A stretch of 32,000 nt of DNA, taken from NCBI RefSeq assembly GCF_000009045.1, contig NC_000964.3:3240001-3272000 (forward strand), given 5' to 3'. Origin of the DNA: Bacillus subtilis subsp. subtilis str. 168. GTDB lineage: Bacteria > Bacillota > Bacilli > Bacillales > Bacillaceae. Each line of letters opens with the position of its first letter. Position 1 is the stretch's first letter. Positions 9,769 to 17,692 of the stretch are shown here, piece after piece. The notes below the pieces were generated by a model, which made no database searches, was not told the origin of the DNA, and saw nothing but the letters and a program-made list of their open reading frames with translations. The position numbers and the translations under genes are program-made.

Positions 9769-11242
9769 TTTTGTTATTTTGCCAATCCTGATCCCGCTTT
9801 TGTCGGCTATTCTTCTGATTTTCATGACGAAGAATCTTATGCTCATGAGAATCTTCAGCACGGCGGCATCGGCCATCGGGATTGTGATTAGCGGCATACT
9901 TGTACAGACTGTCTTCACAAAAGGCATCCAGACACTCAGCCTAGGCGGATGGAAAGCGCCGTACGGCATTGTGCTTGCCGCAGACCAATTCGCCAGCCTT
10001 CTCGTTCTCACAACAGCGATCATCGGTTTATTGGTTGGGCTTTATTCCTTCCGTTCTGTCGGTGAAAAACGGGAGCGCTCCTTTTACTACTCCGGCGTTC
10101 AGTTCTTGCTTGCCGGCGTCAGCGGAGCGTTTTTAACAGGCGATTTATTTAATATGTACGTATTTTTTGAGCTTCTGCTTATTGCTTCCTATATGCTGAT
10201 TGTATTAGGCGGCACAAAAATTCAGCTGCGGGAATCCCTTAAATATATTGTGTTTAATATTGTATCGTCTGCCCTGTTTGTCATAGGGGTCGGCTTTTTA
10301 TACGCTGTAACCGGTACGTTAAACATGGCGGATCTTAGCGTGAAAATCAGCGAATCAGGACAAACCGGGCTGATCACTGTGATTGGTGTCCTGCTGCTTT
10401 TGGTATTTGGCATGAAGGGCGGAATCTTCCCCCTCTACTTTTGGCTTCCAGGCTCTTATTACGCGCCACCGGCGGCAATCTCCGCGTTGTTCGGCGCTTT
10501 GCTGACAAAAGTCGGGTTATATGCGATTACGAGGGTTTTCACATTGATTTTTATTCACGATACAGCCTTTACCCATCAGTTGATGATTTGGCTGGCGGCG
10601 CTGACTGTGATTTTTGGTGTGATCGGTTCACTCGCTTATTCGAATGTCATGAAAATTGTGATCTATAACATTATTACCGCTGTCGGCGTGATTTTGTTCG
10701 GTGTGGCAGTACACACCCCCGCATCCATTCAGGGCGCGATCTACTATCTGATTCACGATATGCTGATTAAGGGCGCTTTGTTCATGCTGGCAGGTACGCT
10801 GATCGCATTGACTGGAACCGCGAGCCTGCATAAAATGGGCGGGCTGATCAAACGCTATCCTGTTCTTGGATGGATGTTTTTCATTTCCGCTATTTCTCTT
10901 GCAGGCATTCCGCCACTGAGCGGATTTGTCGGCAAATTTAAAATTGCAGAGGGCGGCTTCGCAGAAGGTGAATTTACGATATCCATGCTGATTCTGCTTT
11001 CGAGTCTGCTTGTACTGTACTCTGTGCTGAGGATCTTTATACATGCGTTTTGGGGCGAAGAAAAAGAAACGCCAAAACCAAATCATCGAACAGCTAAAGG
11101 ACTTCTTTATCCGGCAGCTATTTTTCTCTTGCTGTCCCTTCTCTTCGGATTGGGTACAGAATGGGTGTCGCCTTACGTTGATCAAGCGGCCGAGACGCTG
11201 CTGAATCCGGAAAAATATATCGAAGCTGTTCTGAAGGAGTAG
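9761..11242 (+). CDS. mrpD: Mrp antiporter subunit D (NuoM/N-like)
   Basis: 493 aa from ATG 9761. The GAGGGG RBS at 9744-9749 is too close to the track's ATG at 9752. Contains the NuoM-like motif FWLPGSYYAPPAAISALFGALLTKVG. Overlaps the mrpC stop by 8 nt. Confidence 0.9.
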   Translation: MNNFVILPILIPLLSAILLIFMTKNLMLMRIFSTAASAIGIVISGILVQTVFTKGIQTLSLGGWKAPYGIVLAADQFASLLVLTTAIIGLLVGLYSFRSVGEKRERSFYYSGVQFLLAGVSGAFLTGDLFNMYVFFELLLIASYMLIVLGGTKIQLRESLKYIVFNIVSSALFVIGVGFLYAVTGTLNMADLSVKISESGQTGLITVIGVLLLLVFGMKGGIFPLYFWLPGSYYAPPAAISALFGALLTKVGLYAITRVFTLIFIHDTAFTHQLMIWLAALTVIFGVIGSLAYSNVMKIVIYNIITAVGVILFGVAVHTPASIQGAIYYLIHDMLIKGALFMLAGTLIALTGTASLHKMGGLIKRYPVLGWMFFISAISLAGIPPLSGFVGKFKIAEGGFAEGEFTISMLILLSSLLVLYSVLRIFIHAFWGEEKETPKPNHRTAKGLLYPAAIFLLLSLLFGLGTEWVSPYVDQAAETLLNPEKYIEAVLKE

Positions 11243-11247
11243 ATCGC

Positions 11248-11724
11248 ATGGCATTTCAAATTTTATTAAATGTGTTTCTCGCTTTTTGCTGGATGTTCTT
11301 AAGCAACAGTCCAAGCGCCGCAGGATTCATTACAGGCTATATTCTGGGAATGCTCTCTCTCTTTTTCTTCCGGCGCTTTTTCACTCGCCAGTTTTATCTA
11401 TGGAAATTGATTTCTATTATCAAGCTCTGTTTCATTTTTATAAAGGAACTGTACCTTGCCAATGTCAGTGTGATGAAATCAGTCTTATCTCCAAAACTGA
11501 ATATCAGACCGGGTATTTTTGCTTTTAAAACTGAACTGACGAAGGACTGGGAAATCACCATGCTTTCTCTGCTCATTACATTAACGCCGGGAACCTTGGT
11601 GATGGATATTTCAGATGACAGAACAATACTTTATATTCATGCAATGGATATCGAGGATGCGGAAAAAGCGATTTTTGACATTCGGGAGTCATTTGAAAAA
11701 GCCATACAGGAGGTGAGCCGGTGA
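11248..11724 (+). CDS. mrpE: Mrp antiporter subunit E
   Basis: 158 aa. ATG at 11248 with GAAGGAG RBS at 11233-11239. Confidence 0.9.
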   Translation: MAFQILLNVFLAFCWMFLSNSPSAAGFITGYILGMLSLFFFRRFFTRQFYLWKLISIIKLCFIFIKELYLANVSVMKSVLSPKLNIRPGIFAFKTELTKDWEITMLSLLITLTPGTLVMDISDDRTILYIHAMDIEDAEKAIFDIRESFEKAIQEVSR

Positions 11725-12008
11725 TGTTTACGCTGATCCTGCAAATCGCGCTCGGCATTATGGCAGTGTCTACCTTTTTGTATGTCATTCGTGTCATTAA
11801 AGGTCCGACTGTGCCTGACCGGGTCGTGGCTCTGGATGCAATCGGCATCAATCTGATCGCAATCACGGCGCTTGTCTCCATTTTGCTGAAAACAAGTGCG
11901 TTTTTGGATATTATTTTGTTGCTGGGGATTTTATCGTTTATCGGAACGATCGCATTTTCCAAGTTCCTGGAGAAAGGAGAGATTATCGAAAATGATCGAA
12001 ACCGCTAA
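11724..12008 (+). CDS. mrpF: Mrp antiporter subunit F
   Basis: 94 aa from ATG 11724, which overlaps the mrpE TGA in a TGATG arrangement. The in-frame GTG at 11721 is an alternative start. Three TM segments. Confidence 0.85.
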
Positions 12009-12366
12009 GGTCGTTGTGGCTGTATTCATTTTGCTGGGTGCTCTTATATGCCTCATTGCTTCATTTGGCGTACTTCGCCTTCCCGATGTGTTTACACGCG
12101 CTCATGCTGCTTCTAAAGGCTCAACATTAGGTGTCAATATGATTCTGCTCGGTGTCTTCTTCTATTTGTGGTTTGTGACGGGGGAGCTCTCCGCTAAAAT
12201 CCTGCTTGGGATTCTCTTTATCTTTATTACGTCGCCTATCGGCGGGCACTTGATCTGCCGTGCTGCGTATAACTCCGGCGTCAAGCTTGATGAGAGAAGT
12301 GTGCAAGATGACTATAACGGAATCAGAAACTTTGTGATTAAACGAAAAGAGGATTCTTATTTATAA
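11992..12366 (+). CDS. mrpG: Mrp antiporter subunit G
   Basis: 124 aa from ATG 11992 with an AAAGGAG RBS upstream. The track's longer ORF starts inside mrpF. Overlaps the mrpF 3' end by 17 nt. Confidence 0.88.
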
Positions 12367-12373
12367 AAATAAG

Positions 12374-12407
12374 CAGCCGGACAGGCAGAGTTCCGGCTGT
12401 TTTTTTA
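12374..12407. terminator. Shared terminator of the convergent genes mrpG and yuxO
   Basis: 8-bp stem cagccgga (12374-12381) / tccggctg (12392-12399), followed by ttttttt on the + strand, with an aaaaa run upstream serving the - strand. The T-run overlaps the yuxO stop codon (12405-12407). Confidence 0.8.
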
Positions 12408-12785
12408 TTTCTTGATGACAGCCAGCGTGCATCTGGATATACAGATCAGCCTCTCTTGCTCGTCATATATGTGAATATGATAGACAATCGTCGTTCTGCC
12501 TATATGAACGGGCTCGGCTATCGCCTTTACCGTTCCTTCCTTTACAGATTTTAAATGGTTGGCGTTAATCTCCAAACCAACACAAGCTTGCGTTGTATGA
12601 TCAATCAGGTTCTGTGCACCTGCGCTCGCCGCGGTTTCCGCCAGGGCCACTGAAGCGCCTCCATGCAAATATCCGAACGGCTGTACCGTCCGATGATCCA
12701 CCGGCATGACCGCAACGCATCGTTCCGCTGTGTTTTCAACAATCTCAATACCAAGCGCTTCAAGCAATGTGTGCTTCATATCCAT
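12405..12785 (-). CDS. yuxO: PaaI/YbdB-type hotdog-fold acyl-CoA thioesterase
   Basis: 126 aa from the ATG at 12785, with GGGGGGTG RBS 5 nt upstream. The track's start at 12803 has no RBS. The motif LHGGASVALAETAAS is typical of PaaI/EntH-like thioesterases. Lies immediately downstream of comA. Confidence 0.85.
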   Translation of the reverse strand: MDMKHTLLEALGIEIVENTAERCVAVMPVDHRTVQPFGYLHGGASVALAETAASAGAQNLIDHTTQACVGLEINANHLKSVKEGTVKAIAEPVHIGRTTIVYHIHIYDEQERLICISRCTLAVIKK

Positions 12786-12803
12786 CTCTACACCCCCCAA
12801 CAT

Positions 12804-13448
12804 TTAAAGTACACCGTCTGATTTCGCAATCAAAACCGCTTCCGTCCGTGAACCGACATTCAGCTTATTGAAAATCGATGTCAAGCTGTATTCAATGGAC
12901 CGCTTGCTTAAATGAAGGGCATCTGCGATTTCTTGGTTTGTAAATCCCTTTTCAACTTCTTGAAGAATCAGGCATTCTCTAGGTGTGAGCACATCTTGTT
13001 CTTTTTGAGAGGAAGGAGCCGGCTTTGTTTTTTGCTGAGTCATCAGCTGTTTAAAGTAAGCAAAATCGACTAAAATTTCTCCGTTGAGTACGTGGTATAT
13101 GTATTGGGTGATCTTTTCTTTAGATTCCGTTTTGCTGATGGCACCGTGCAGACCCGCACGAATCGCTTCCTCGAAATAATCCTCGACCTCATAACCGGTA
13201 TACACGATAATTTTACAATGAGGATTCTCTTGTAAAATCTGTTTAGAAAGCTCCATCCCATTGACCTCGCCGCCTAGATTCAGATCCATTAAAATGAGAT
13301 CATATGACGAGAAATCATGCTGCTTGATAAACTGTTCGCTCGGTTCAGGACTGAGACAATCAACAGACAAATTCGAATCCGTTTCCAAAATTGTCTTGGT
13401 GCCTTCCATGACAGCCGGATGGTCATCAATCACTAGTATCTTTTTCAT
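12804..13448 (-). CDS. comA: NarL/LuxR-family response regulator ComA (competence/quorum-sensing)
   Basis: 214 aa from the ATG at 13448, with AGGGAGGAA RBS. Receiver domain KILVIDDHP...DLILMDLNL. C-terminal HTH LTPRECLILQEVEKGFTNQEIADALHLSKRSIEYSL. Confidence 0.95.
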   Translation of the reverse strand: MKKILVIDDHPAVMEGTKTILETDSNLSVDCLSPEPSEQFIKQHDFSSYDLILMDLNLGGEVNGMELSKQILQENPHCKIIVYTGYEVEDYFEEAIRAGLHGAISKTESKEKITQYIYHVLNGEILVDFAYFKQLMTQQKTKPAPSSQKEQDVLTPRECLILQEVEKGFTNQEIADALHLSKRSIEYSLTSIFNKLNVGSRTEAVLIAKSDGVL

Positions 13449-13484
13449 GTTTTCCTCCCTTTTACTCACTCTTTTCCATTTTAT

Positions 13485-13510
13485 AAAAAAGACTTGGCCT
13501 GTGCCAAGTC
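13485..13510 (-). terminator. Terminator-like hairpin between comP and comA
   Basis: Read on the - strand: gacttggc-acag-gccaagtc (8-bp stem at 13491-13510, 4-nt loop) followed by tttttt (13485-13490). Lies 19 nt after the comP stop and 37 nt before the comA ATG. Confidence 0.5.
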
Positions 13511-13528
13511 GTTTCCGTTATAAATCCA

Positions 13529-15838
13529 TTACAATTCGATTTCAATATCAGCCTTAAAGCCCTTTCCTTCACTTGTTTCAATCCGAAGGCGCCCATCTAA
13601 AGCCCTGACTCTCTCCTTAATGCCAGAAAGCCCCATGCTCATGGAATGCTCAGTATTTTTTTCTTGATCAAACCCAACGCCATCGTCCTCATAATGAAGA
13701 ACGATTTTGTTTTGAATACTGATGAGCATAATCAGCACATCCGTCGCCTGAGAGTGCTTGACCGCATTAGACAGAAACTCTTGAATGATCCGGTACAAAT
13801 TCAGCTGCGAATCCAGATCAAGGGAAGCCGTAAATCTCCCGGTATTTAAACGGATATGAAACGGAACCCGCTCCTGCTGCTGCGCCACCAGCTTCGACAG
13901 CGCCTTCACCAATCCAAGATCATACAGAAGCTGCGGCCGCAGCTCATGACACGTCTCCCTCGTCATCGAAATCACATCAGACATCTGCTCATTCATCTGT
14001 ACAAGCTTGTCCTGCACCTCTTCACGGCACGGATTATCATCCTTCTTGAAATCACCCAAAAACAGCTCACACTGGCGTTTTAAGGAAATCAAATCCTGAA
14101 GAACCGAATCGTGGAGATCGCGGGCGAGTCCTGAACGCTGTTTTTCTTCGATTGCAAACATTAGCTTTTTCAGCCAGATGGGGTTGGTTCCCTCTTGTTT
14201 TAAGTCCTTCAAATGTTCCATGAGCTCCTCAATATGCAGGACATTTTCCATGGACACACTTGTATAAAAAGACAGTGTTTTCAGCCACGATATTTCATCA
14301 CGTGTTAGCCGGGGAGTGTTAATATTAGATAAACAAAGCAGAACATAAGAACTACCGCCTCGTTCACCAACTTTCATAAGAAAGCCTTGATTGACTTCTA
14401 TAATTTTCCCAATTTCTGAAGTTACGTTTTCAAATTCCTCTTGATAAAAATTCCAGTCCGGTCCAACTTCATGCTTATCTAAAAATATCACTTTGTGATC
14501 AGGAGTAACCTCAAAGGTATAAGCTTTGCTTACAAGCAAAACATCCAGTATAGTATTTTTCAGTTCTTTAAAAACTTGTTGAAGAGAAGTTACACCCCTC
14601 ATTAGCTGAGTATATTTAAAAATACTGTCCTGATAGTTGAATTTTTCGGAGAAACGTTTTAACCGAAATTTAAAATCCATGACCTCTTTAAAATAAAAGA
14701 CAGCGAACATGACAACGAAAAAAAATACAGTTTGACGCACAGGGTTCATCTGGATGTCCATTACATCAAACAGAACTAATGCACCAACTATTAGAAGAGT
14801 TGGTATCATGGCAAGTAGAGCATAGTATCTCATTCTTCCTAAGATAAACTCTATATCAAACATCTTATTGGCTACAAATTGGTATACTAACCCGAACGGA
14901 ATTAGTACTAGTAATGACGCCGAAGCTAATGCCGGGAAAATATAATTACCTGTAAATATTATTGGAAGAACAAAAAATATCAAAAAAGGCGCAAATGAAA
15001 GAGTGTTTGTTAAAATTAGTAATTTAAGAATAAACGAATGCTCAGCATATTTATATTTATTAAGATGTAAGTATATCGCTGAAAAAGAAAATAGAGTCAA
15101 AGTTGCAAAAGAAACCAAATTAAGAGTTGCTAAAAAATCAATATCTACTTGTAAATAGTCTTGAAAAAACTCAATACCAAGATTAAATATTGGTATGATA
15201 TAAAGAAAAGAAATTCTATTCAAAAAAGTTTTACCTATTTCTCCAAGGTATCTTTGTATAAATTGAAGATAAAGAATAGGAGAAGATATAAAAGTAAACA
15301 AGTTAATATACCGATTGATTATATGTCCTCTAAATGGTCCGCCTGCACTTATATATGCTATCGAAATGTCTAATAACAATAGAATAAGAATATAGGCAGC
15401 AAATGATCTCCTTTTTTTATTTACTTTAAGTATATAAAAAATACATATTATGCTTAAAAAATAAAAAAACAAAGGAAGTACGAACAGAAAAAAACTATAA
15501 GGTCTATTTAGAGTAACTAAATCAAAATCTTTGAGATGAATCTTTTTTCCACTTCTCAAAATATCCAGACTGTTAATATGACTCAAATATCCCCATTTCA
15601 AATGTTTGTCTGAAGGTTTTTCTTTATTAATTTTTAATATGATGTCTCCCTGTCTCAGACCAACAAATTGTCCATATGAAGATTCCGATATTTCTTCTAT
15701 CATAAATTGACTTTTATCATTTTTATGAATCTTAGTCCCAATAATAATTCCATTCATACTGATATAAGTTGTATAGCTTATATAAAGGATACTCAAAACA
15801 ATTACAGCTATTGTGAATTTTTTTATTAAGTTCTTCAA
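13529..15838 (-). CDS. comP: Membrane sensor histidine kinase ComP (ComX pheromone receptor)
   Basis: 769 aa. TTG start at 15838 with AGGTGG RBS at 7-nt spacing. Multi-TM N-terminal half. H-box RDLHDSVLQDL, with the His codon at 14111-14113. C-terminal HATPase region (EDDGVGF, GLSGIKERV). Confidence 0.95.
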   Translation of the reverse strand: MKNLIKKFTIAVIVLSILYISYTTYISMNGIIIGTKIHKNDKSQFMIEEISESSYGQFVGLRQGDIILKINKEKPSDKHLKWGYLSHINSLDILRSGKKIHLKDFDLVTLNRPYSFFLFVLPLFFYFLSIICIFYILKVNKKRRSFAAYILILLLLDISIAYISAGGPFRGHIINRYINLFTFISSPILYLQFIQRYLGEIGKTFLNRISFLYIIPIFNLGIEFFQDYLQVDIDFLATLNLVSFATLTLFSFSAIYLHLNKYKYAEHSFILKLLILTNTLSFAPFLIFFVLPIIFTGNYIFPALASASLLVLIPFGLVYQFVANKMFDIEFILGRMRYYALLAMIPTLLIVGALVLFDVMDIQMNPVRQTVFFFVVMFAVFYFKEVMDFKFRLKRFSEKFNYQDSIFKYTQLMRGVTSLQQVFKELKNTILDVLLVSKAYTFEVTPDHKVIFLDKHEVGPDWNFYQEEFENVTSEIGKIIEVNQGFLMKVGERGGSSYVLLCLSNINTPRLTRDEISWLKTLSFYTSVSMENVLHIEELMEHLKDLKQEGTNPIWLKKLMFAIEEKQRSGLARDLHDSVLQDLISLKRQCELFLGDFKKDDNPCREEVQDKLVQMNEQMSDVISMTRETCHELRPQLLYDLGLVKALSKLVAQQQERVPFHIRLNTGRFTASLDLDSQLNLYRIIQEFLSNAVKHSQATDVLIMLISIQNKIVLHYEDDGVGFDQEKNTEHSMSMGLSGIKERVRALDGRLRIETSEGKGFKADIEIEL

Positions 15839-15852
15839 TATTAATCCACCTA

Positions 15853-16020
15853 TTAATCACCCCATTGACGGGTTATTGGATCAGCCAGATAATAATCATT
15901 ATAAGCTTTAATTATTGTTTCAGTTTCTTGCACATCAAAACCTATAAGGCAGGCTTCTTTATTTTTCAATTTTTTTAAAGCCTCAGGATAATTTAAAAAG
16001 TAGTTAATTAGGTCTTGCAT
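15853..16020 (-). CDS. comX: ComX pheromone precursor (55 aa)
   Basis: [58 protein letters not shown] at 16020 with GGGGGA RBS. The C-terminal [10 protein letters not shown] is the strain-168-type pheromone sequence as I recall it. The track's 66-aa ORF begins upstream inside comQ. Confidence 0.93.
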
Positions 16021-16907
16021 CTTGTATCCCCCTTTGTATAACTTAATAAGCATTCCTTTATTAGCTCTTTTTTTTCTTTATCTAAATTTAATTGTTCTAT
16101 AGCAGAAATACATTTCTGTTTATATATTTCCAATAATACCGAAATGTATTGAGTAACTCCCGCTTTAATTAATTTTTCTTGGAATTTCTCTTTATCAAGT
16201 AACGATTTATAATATAAGTCTTTATGTGAAATTAAGTATAATAAATCTTCCGAAGCATCATTAAAAAGGCGCTTAAGATATAAGTAAATCAGTGTATGTT
16301 TGTTTTTTTCAATATCACTGCGATTTCCGGATAAAAGAACATAATAATCTCCAGAAATTTGAGCTATAATCCCTTTATAGTAGGAATATCTTTCAACTGT
16401 TTCATTATATTCTCCTGTAGCCAATAAAACACCTGCTACATTTGCTAGTGCAATCAGACTTCCACATTTTAATCTAATTACTTCTAAACTTTCATCTTCT
16501 GTTTTAGATTTATTAGTGATATCGTCATGTTGACCTTGCATGGCCTCGTTTACGTATTTTAAAACATATTTAAAAATTAGAGGATTGTTATTTAATGAAT
16601 AAATACTCGTTAATCCTACTGTATACAAGGAAAGTGCTGCATTTAACGACTCCGAGCGATTAATTTTCATCCATAATGCATGGTGATTATCTTCATCTTC
16701 AAGATCATCCATAATATCTGATGAAAGAATAAGAATTTCTATTCCCGCGCCAAGCCTTGTTGCAACATCTAAATTCTCCCCTCCAAAAACAACATAATGT
16801 AAGATTGTGGATTCAGCAAAGGAGAATGTTTCTTTAGAATCAATAAATGAGTAAAGAAGTTGTGACAAATCCTCGTTAAATATGTTTTGCTCCACAATCT
16901 CCTTCAT
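16008..16907 (-). CDS. comQ: ComQ isoprenyl transferase that modifies and processes ComX (polyprenyl-synthase-like)
   Basis: 299 aa from the ATG at 16907 ([14 protein letters not shown]...), with AAGGAG just upstream. Asp-rich motif [10 protein letters not shown]. The 3' end overlaps the comX start by 13 nt. Confidence 0.92.
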
Positions 16908-17062
16908 TTTCTCCTTGATCCGGACAGAATCTAAACATATCTGCTCAATAACGACTTCCCCCCTCCCATTCCATTTTACTAAATGGGACATTTAAAGGAC
17001 AGCAGGTTTTTCGTTTTTTAACAATCATATAATACTTTATCCATTTATTGTATCGGTAGAAC

Positions 17063-17090
17063 GAAAAAAAAGACTTGTTTCCAAGTCTTT
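17063..17090 (-). terminator. Rho-independent terminator of degQ
   Basis: On the - strand: aaagacttg-gaaa-caagtcttt (stems at 17082-17090 and 17069-17077) followed by a T-run (+ strand A-run 17064-17068), directly after the degQ stop. Confidence 0.75.
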
Positions 17091-17091
17091 T

Positions 17092-17232
17092 TCACGAAAT
17101 TTTCATTGCATAATTGTATTTATCGAGTTGATCAATGCTTTTGTTAATGTTTCGTAATGAATCTGTCGTTTCTTTAATATCAAGTTCGAGTCGGAATAAC
17201 AATTGTTTTACTTCTTCAAGTTTCTTTTCCAT
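17092..17232 (-). CDS. degQ: DegQ, 46-aa pleiotropic regulator stimulating DegS-to-DegU phosphotransfer
   Basis: Hand translation of the - strand gives MEKKLEEVKQLLFRLELDIKETTDSLRNINKSIDQLDKYNYAMKIS, then TGA at 17092-17094. GGAGTG RBS lies upstream of the ATG (17230-17232). The gene falls below the ORF-track size cutoff. Confidence 0.93.
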   Translation of the reverse strand: MEKKLEEVKQLLFRLELDIKETTDSLRNINKSIDQLDKYNYAMKIS

Positions 17233-17361
17233 CGTTTCCACACTCCTTTTTTTGAAAGATCAATGAATTGTGTATGGTGAACGAGTCCTAGGTATTTGAT
17301 CTGTTACTAATAGTGTGTCTGCTTTCGGCTCATTTTTCACCGAAAAGTATGCAAAAAAGTC

Positions 17362-17377
17362 CTGCGTGACACCGCAA
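17362..17377 (-). promoter_or_regulatory. ComA box upstream of degQ
   Basis: + strand CTGCGT-GACA-CCGCAA. On the - strand this is TTGCGG-TGTC-ACGCAG versus the consensus TTGCGG-N4-CCGCAA, with one perfect half-site. Lies 130-145 nt upstream of the degQ ATG. A degenerate pair TTTCGG-N11-CCGAAA sits at 17323-17345. Confidence 0.6.
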
Positions 17378-17592
17378 ATCTCAATAGGTCCTTATACTCA
17401 AAGGAATCACAACAAGAACGGGACTATCTTTCTATGCGAAAGAGCGTTTATATGTGCTGAAATTGAGAAAGATTCTTAATCTCCTTGATTTTAACGGGTT
17501 TCGCATTTTCACTAAGCAAGACTATAGTCCTTCATACCGTATTTTCAAAATTGAATATGCGATTCTTGGCGTTTCCTGACCGACAAACACCG

Positions 17593-17625
17593 AAAAAGAC
17601 CGCAACGCTAAAGTTGTGGCCTTTT
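17593..17625. terminator. Terminator-like hairpin in the degQ-yuzC intergenic region, usable on either strand
   Basis: Arms gaccgcaac (17598-17606) / gttgtggcc (17613-17621) give 9 positions with one mismatch and one G-U pair. 6-nt loop. tttt follows on the + strand and aaaaa (17593-17597) precedes, which gives ttttt on the - strand. Confidence 0.4.
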
Positions 17626-17692
17626 CGCTTTGTCATATTCGGCAATTAGGGATCTATACATATAGAAACATCCTTTTTTGCGAGGTGCTCCC

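Noticed and set aside
10628-11314. 228-aa ORF on the - strand.
   Set aside because: It lies entirely antisense to mrpD/mrpE, has no RBS, and has a low-complexity, Cys/Arg/Gln-rich composition typical of a shadow ORF opposite a membrane-protein gene.
16908-16991. N-terminal extensions offered by the ORF track for comQ (28 codons). Similar extensions appear for comX, comA, pncA, yueE, yuxO, yuzC, yuzE and maeN.
   Set aside because: The upstream start candidates lack Shine-Dalgarno sequences or lie inside the preceding gene. The internal ATGs have strong RBSs at the right spacing and give the lengths I recall for the characterised proteins.
14150-17000. Interpretation of the low-GC comQXP segment as a recently acquired genomic island or prophage remnant.
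   Set aside because: It has no mobility genes or flanking repeats. The boundaries fall inside comP and at the comQ promoter, matching the known intraspecific pherotype polymorphism rather than an insertion.
17400-17680. Search for small ORFs or sRNA in the 460-nt degQ-yuzC intergenic region (for example the 31-codon ATG ORF at about 17555-17650).
   Set aside because: The candidate ORFs lack RBSs. The region is better explained as the extended degQ upstream regulatory region plus the yuzC promoter. Only the 17598-17621 hairpin was retained as a feature.
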